A program made the position numbers and the translations under genes. Source: Vairimorpha necatrix (Eukaryota). Taken from it: a stretch of 64,000 nt of DNA. A model generated the notes under the pieces. That model was not told where the DNA came from. It worked only from the letters and a program-made list of their open reading frames with translations, and did not search any database. Shown piece by piece: positions 62,616 to 64,000 of the stretch; the stretch's first letter is position 1; every line of letters begins with the position of its first letter. The DNA lies in NCBI GenBank assembly GCA_036630325.1, contig CP142736.1, positions 558,001-622,000 of the forward strand. Direction: 5' to 3'.

Positions 62616-64000
62616 TAATGAAGGGTAAAGCGCAACAAACCAGGAGCAAGCTCAGTAGAGCAAAAAGTGACCACTTTGGTGGTCCAAACAACAATTTAGA
62701 TACAGAAAGGAATTTAAAACAACAAACTAAGCATGTATATGCTAATAAAAGTTTCCCAAGTGTTACTTTCAAAAATGATGGAGAAATGAAATATTTTCTC
62801 AAGAAAATCAAAATTCTCTCAGAAAGAATTAATAAAAACGATATTTTTGACACGTCAAAAAAAGAAAATAACAAAGATCTTCTTGATATTAAAAGATACA
62901 TATCTAGCACTACTGAATTAGTATTGATTCAGCAGACATATTTGGAGCTCTTCCATGATAAGCTAGAAAAACAAAATATCAAATTAAAAAATTTGAAAAA
63001 AAATAATCTGATGGATGACAGTAATCAAATTACAGAATCAACAAAAAATAAAATTGAGATGATGATAGAGAATCACTCAAAAGAATGTGTAGAACAAAAG
63101 GATAATAACTCCGATGTTCCAAATGATACCAGTAGCGAAACCCTTTAGTTAGCTACTGGAAAGAATGATGTTTCTAATTTAGAAATGTTAAATGAAGATA
63201 TTTTAATTAATGTCAAAAATCTCGAATCTGCCTCTAAAGTAGAAGAAGAAGATAGATTGTCAGAAGATGGCAAAAGAATGTGTTTAGAAACAATTGAAGT
63301 CTCTAAAGAAAGTAAAAATATAACTAATGAAGTTGTAAATACCAATAATGTTAAGCTCGATGTAGCTGACATAAATAAGAAAGCAGTAGATAATCATCTT
63401 AAAATTATCTCAGCAATAATATCTGGTAGAAGCAAAGCTCCAAAGAATGGAGTTAAGCTATACCAAATCAATAAAGATGGATGGAAGTCTGTCAGACATA
63501 CCTTTAAGCCAAAGATGCAATTTGGTCTTAATAAAAACTCTAGTATTAAACATACTAAATTAAAAGAACTTAATAGATTTACTTCTATTAAAGTAGAAAA
63601 CCTAGGGAAGTGTATTAAATTTCCCAAAAAGGAAAGCCTAACAATGTCACTAGGCGAGAAAAAAAATTCCATCAAAGAAAAGAAAAATTTAAGCCCCAAA
63701 ATGGCTAAGAAGGAATCCCAAGAGAAATCTGGCAAGAAAATAAACCCAGTTCAACCTCAGAAGAACTGGGCAAAAGGGCTTTCTAAAGAAGCTCTCATTA
63801 AAATTATTAGAGGTGGATGTCCTATATCCAAATGCAAATTTAAATTTGTATTGGTAGGAGGTCTGGGAGTATGGAAGGAGCACCAAGCTAGAGACGCTTG
63901 GGCTGCTCTACTCACTATTGAGAGAAAAGACATCCCACTCTTAAAGCAGTTTAGAGATGAAGAGTCTATTCTCTTGATGCTCAGAGAAGGTACCTGCGAA
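62616..64000 (+). mobile_element. Second LINE copy: ORF1 from 62618 with a CAG>TAG stop at 63146; runs off the window
   Basis: Near-identical to ORF1 up to about 63160, then diverged but in frame. Confidence 0.88.

Noticed and set aside
54300-64000. Canonical telomeric TTAGG/TTAGGG repeats
   Set aside because: No tandem tract is present, so a telomeric position is not shown by this window.

Overview
AT-rich eukaryotic DNA from a microsporidian. The SSU rRNA 5' end resembles Vairimorpha (necatrix-like, recalled rather than searched), with SSU-ITS-LSU order and 5.8S fused to the LSU. 1-44 kb is a deeply nested stack of mostly decayed transposons (Ty3/Gypsy, Merlin, MULE, Helitron, Tc1, solo LTRs), many with TSD-resolved ends. 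An EnP1-like spore-wall gene is present as an intact copy (44815-46212) and a TE-disrupted duplicate (3315-5124). One rDNA unit lies at about 50.5-54.3 kb. Directly downstream is a same-strand array made of an intact APE-RT LINE and short ~500-nt non-autonomous elements. These short elements begin exactly at an HDV/CPEB3-like ribozyme fold, share the LINE 3' UTR, and appear to insert into their own family. A second highlight is two unrelated MULE-like elements, each flanked by ~80-bp direct target duplications instead of the usual 9-11 bp.
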